From Podarcis filfolensis (lineage: Eukaryota), in NCBI GenBank assembly GCA_964270895.1, contig OZ185436.1: a stretch of 64,000 nt of DNA; one strand, given 5' to 3'. This document shows positions 62,287 through 64,000 of this stretch, piece after piece; position 1 is the first letter of the stretch, and each line of letters opens with the position of its first letter. Made by a program: the position numbers and the translations under genes. The notes below the pieces were generated by a model, which did not search any database, had not been told where the DNA came from, and worked only from the letters and a program-made list of their open reading frames with translations.

Positions 62287-63362
62287 AAGAGAAAAGAAAA
62301 GCAACAGTATAAGGAACATCTTTCCCTGAGGTCAGATAGGCAGTCCATCTAGCCAAGGAGAAAAAAGGTGGCATATAAATGTAAATAAATAAAGGACTCT
62401 GACTGGTGCTCTCAGACTACCGTACAGAACAAGTGATGCCTTACAATGGAGAGAATGGGCTGTCACCTCCAACTGGTGCATCTCTGACCTCTTTGCGGGC
62501 ATCCATCACCACTGCTTTACTTCCTCCCAGTTTTGGGGCTTGTTTTAAAGGTGAGCCCATGGTGTTTGAGAGTGGCCGATGCAAGTCCTGCCCTGGAAAA
62601 GGTCAAGCAGGTTCTTTTTCTAGAGTTCCTTGGGCAAACCAAGGGCAGCTAGGCTCAGCCTAAGCTGCCCTGTCCTTAACAACTGAGCTGCTGCTGCCAC
62701 CCTGCAGCTCCTCTCATTATCCAGCCTTCTTCCTGATGGCTTCAAATGAATCCCCTTGTACTGCTAATTTCCCCCACTTAAACAGTTGTTTGAGCAGAGT
62801 CCTCTGTAAATTGTCCTTCCTCTCTGAATGAGTGCTCATTAGCAAATCATTGAAGTGTGCTTTGTTGCTGCCTACTGTATTGCTTCACAGCTGAGCTGGT
62901 GGCTCAGTGAGGCCTGAGCAGCACATCGCTTGGCTGTTTGGATTCACCTCTCCCCTCACAGGGTGTTGGGTTTCTTTGTGGGTTTTTCTTTGGTGAGGGG
63001 TCATTTGGAGCGCAGCTTTCATTTCTCACTCCTCCGCTGACAGCAAGGTGCCTTTCATTCTAGGTAGAGTATAGCAGGGCCCTTCTGAGTGGGATTTGAG
63101 CACATGAGCAAAAGAAAACCGGTCTTGCTTTCCTCCTCATGGCTAATGGCTTCCTAGGATGGCTGCTGTGATCAACCTACTCGTCTTCCTTCCTTCCTTC
63201 CTTCCCTGAATGGAGGCCTCTCTGCCGCTACTGCTTCTCTCTAACTGTGTTCTTTTCTGTTCCTTTTGGGTTGCTTTTCCTAATCCTTTTTTTAAGATTT
63301 GTTTTGCTTTGGCTGACCAACTTACCCTTAGCATCAACCCCTTAATCCCTGTCTTCTCACAG

Positions 63363-63410
63363 GTCTGGCCCGAAGGGTTTCAATCTATCTTGACAGAAGT
63401 AAACAGGGAG
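63363..63410 (+). CDS. RPTOR: Candidate alternative 48-nt RPTOR cassette exon, (G)LARRVSIYLDRSKQG(G)
   Basis: Branch-like cttaat plus ccctgtcttctcacag acceptor, GAG|gtgagt consensus donor, phase 1-1, stop-free in the RPTOR frame; no transcript evidence available. Confidence 0.6.
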
Positions 63411-64000
63411 GTGAGTGCTCTCTTTCCTCTTACCTACAATCAGCGCGGGAGGGGTGGTCCTTCTAATCATATGTGGTGTTGTTGTTTTTAAAATGGCATT
63501 CCTTCTAACATCTCCTGGGTCCTGTTAATTCTTGGAAGGCAGCCTAGCTTCTCCTGGCCTTCCCATTCCTTGCTTTGTATTGCTTGTCTGTACTATGCAC
63601 TGTGGGCTTCTACATCTGATATTCTGTCAACATGGGCCTCAAGTGTCCACGTGGAAGAAAGGCAAAGGGAGGAGATTCGTGCATTTTCCTTTGCTTCGGG
63701 AGCCTGATCACAAAATGTGGAAATTGGAAAGTGTTTTCAAGATATGCAGAGGCAATATTGTTGTGTGATCACTTTATACAAGGATCGCAGCAGGCCAGCC
63801 ATGCTCAGGGTACAGCAGCTTCTCGGCCACCACCATTACTCTTAAACAGTTCAAGAGATGGTCTGAAATGTTTGAGCATCTCTTCGTGAAATGCCTCTGT
63901 CTTTGTTGACTGCTACGTTTCTTTGATTTGTAATTATGGGATGCTGAGTGGAAGTAAATGGCAGGTGTGACCTTGTTTCAATCTGGAAAGTTGGTTTCCG

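Noticed and set aside
62642-62671. 13-bp near-palindrome (agggcagc-taggc/gccta-a-gctgccct)
   Set aside because: Too short to distinguish from chance or a small inversion; no independent support.
1-64000. CRISPR arrays, prokaryotic operons, rRNA or snoRNA genes
   Set aside because: The sequence is a vertebrate intron-exon locus; I found no spaced repeat arrays and no RNA-gene hallmarks I can support.

Overview
Eukaryotic (vertebrate) genomic DNA containing an internal part of RPTOR (Raptor, the mTORC1 scaffold) on the + strand. I traced 16 consecutive GT-AG coding exons (exons 13-28 by human numbering). They total 1972 nt and splice into one open frame collinear with human Raptor residues about 467-1124 (armadillo/HEAT repeats, phospho-linker, first WD40 repeats), compared from memory. 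The gene start and end lie outside the window. The introns carry Sauria SINEs, tRNA/CR1-type SINEs, CR1, L2, L1, RTE/BovB fragments and hAT and Tigger MITEs, so the host is a squamate, probably a lacertid-like lizard (inference). Listed ORFs that overlap neither exons nor the L1/L2/RTE remnants look spurious. The most notable observations are: (1) a candidate 48-nt in-frame cassette exon at 63363-63410, absent from the human protein as I recall it, which would insert GLARRVSIYLDRSKQG, carrying a PKA/AMPK-type motif, into a WD40 loop; (2) a 63-bp copy of exon 27 inserted in intron 25 between direct repeats; (3) proline at the position of the human O-GlcNAc site T700, while the other known regulatory residues I checked are conserved. 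No database search could be run, so novelty is unverified.
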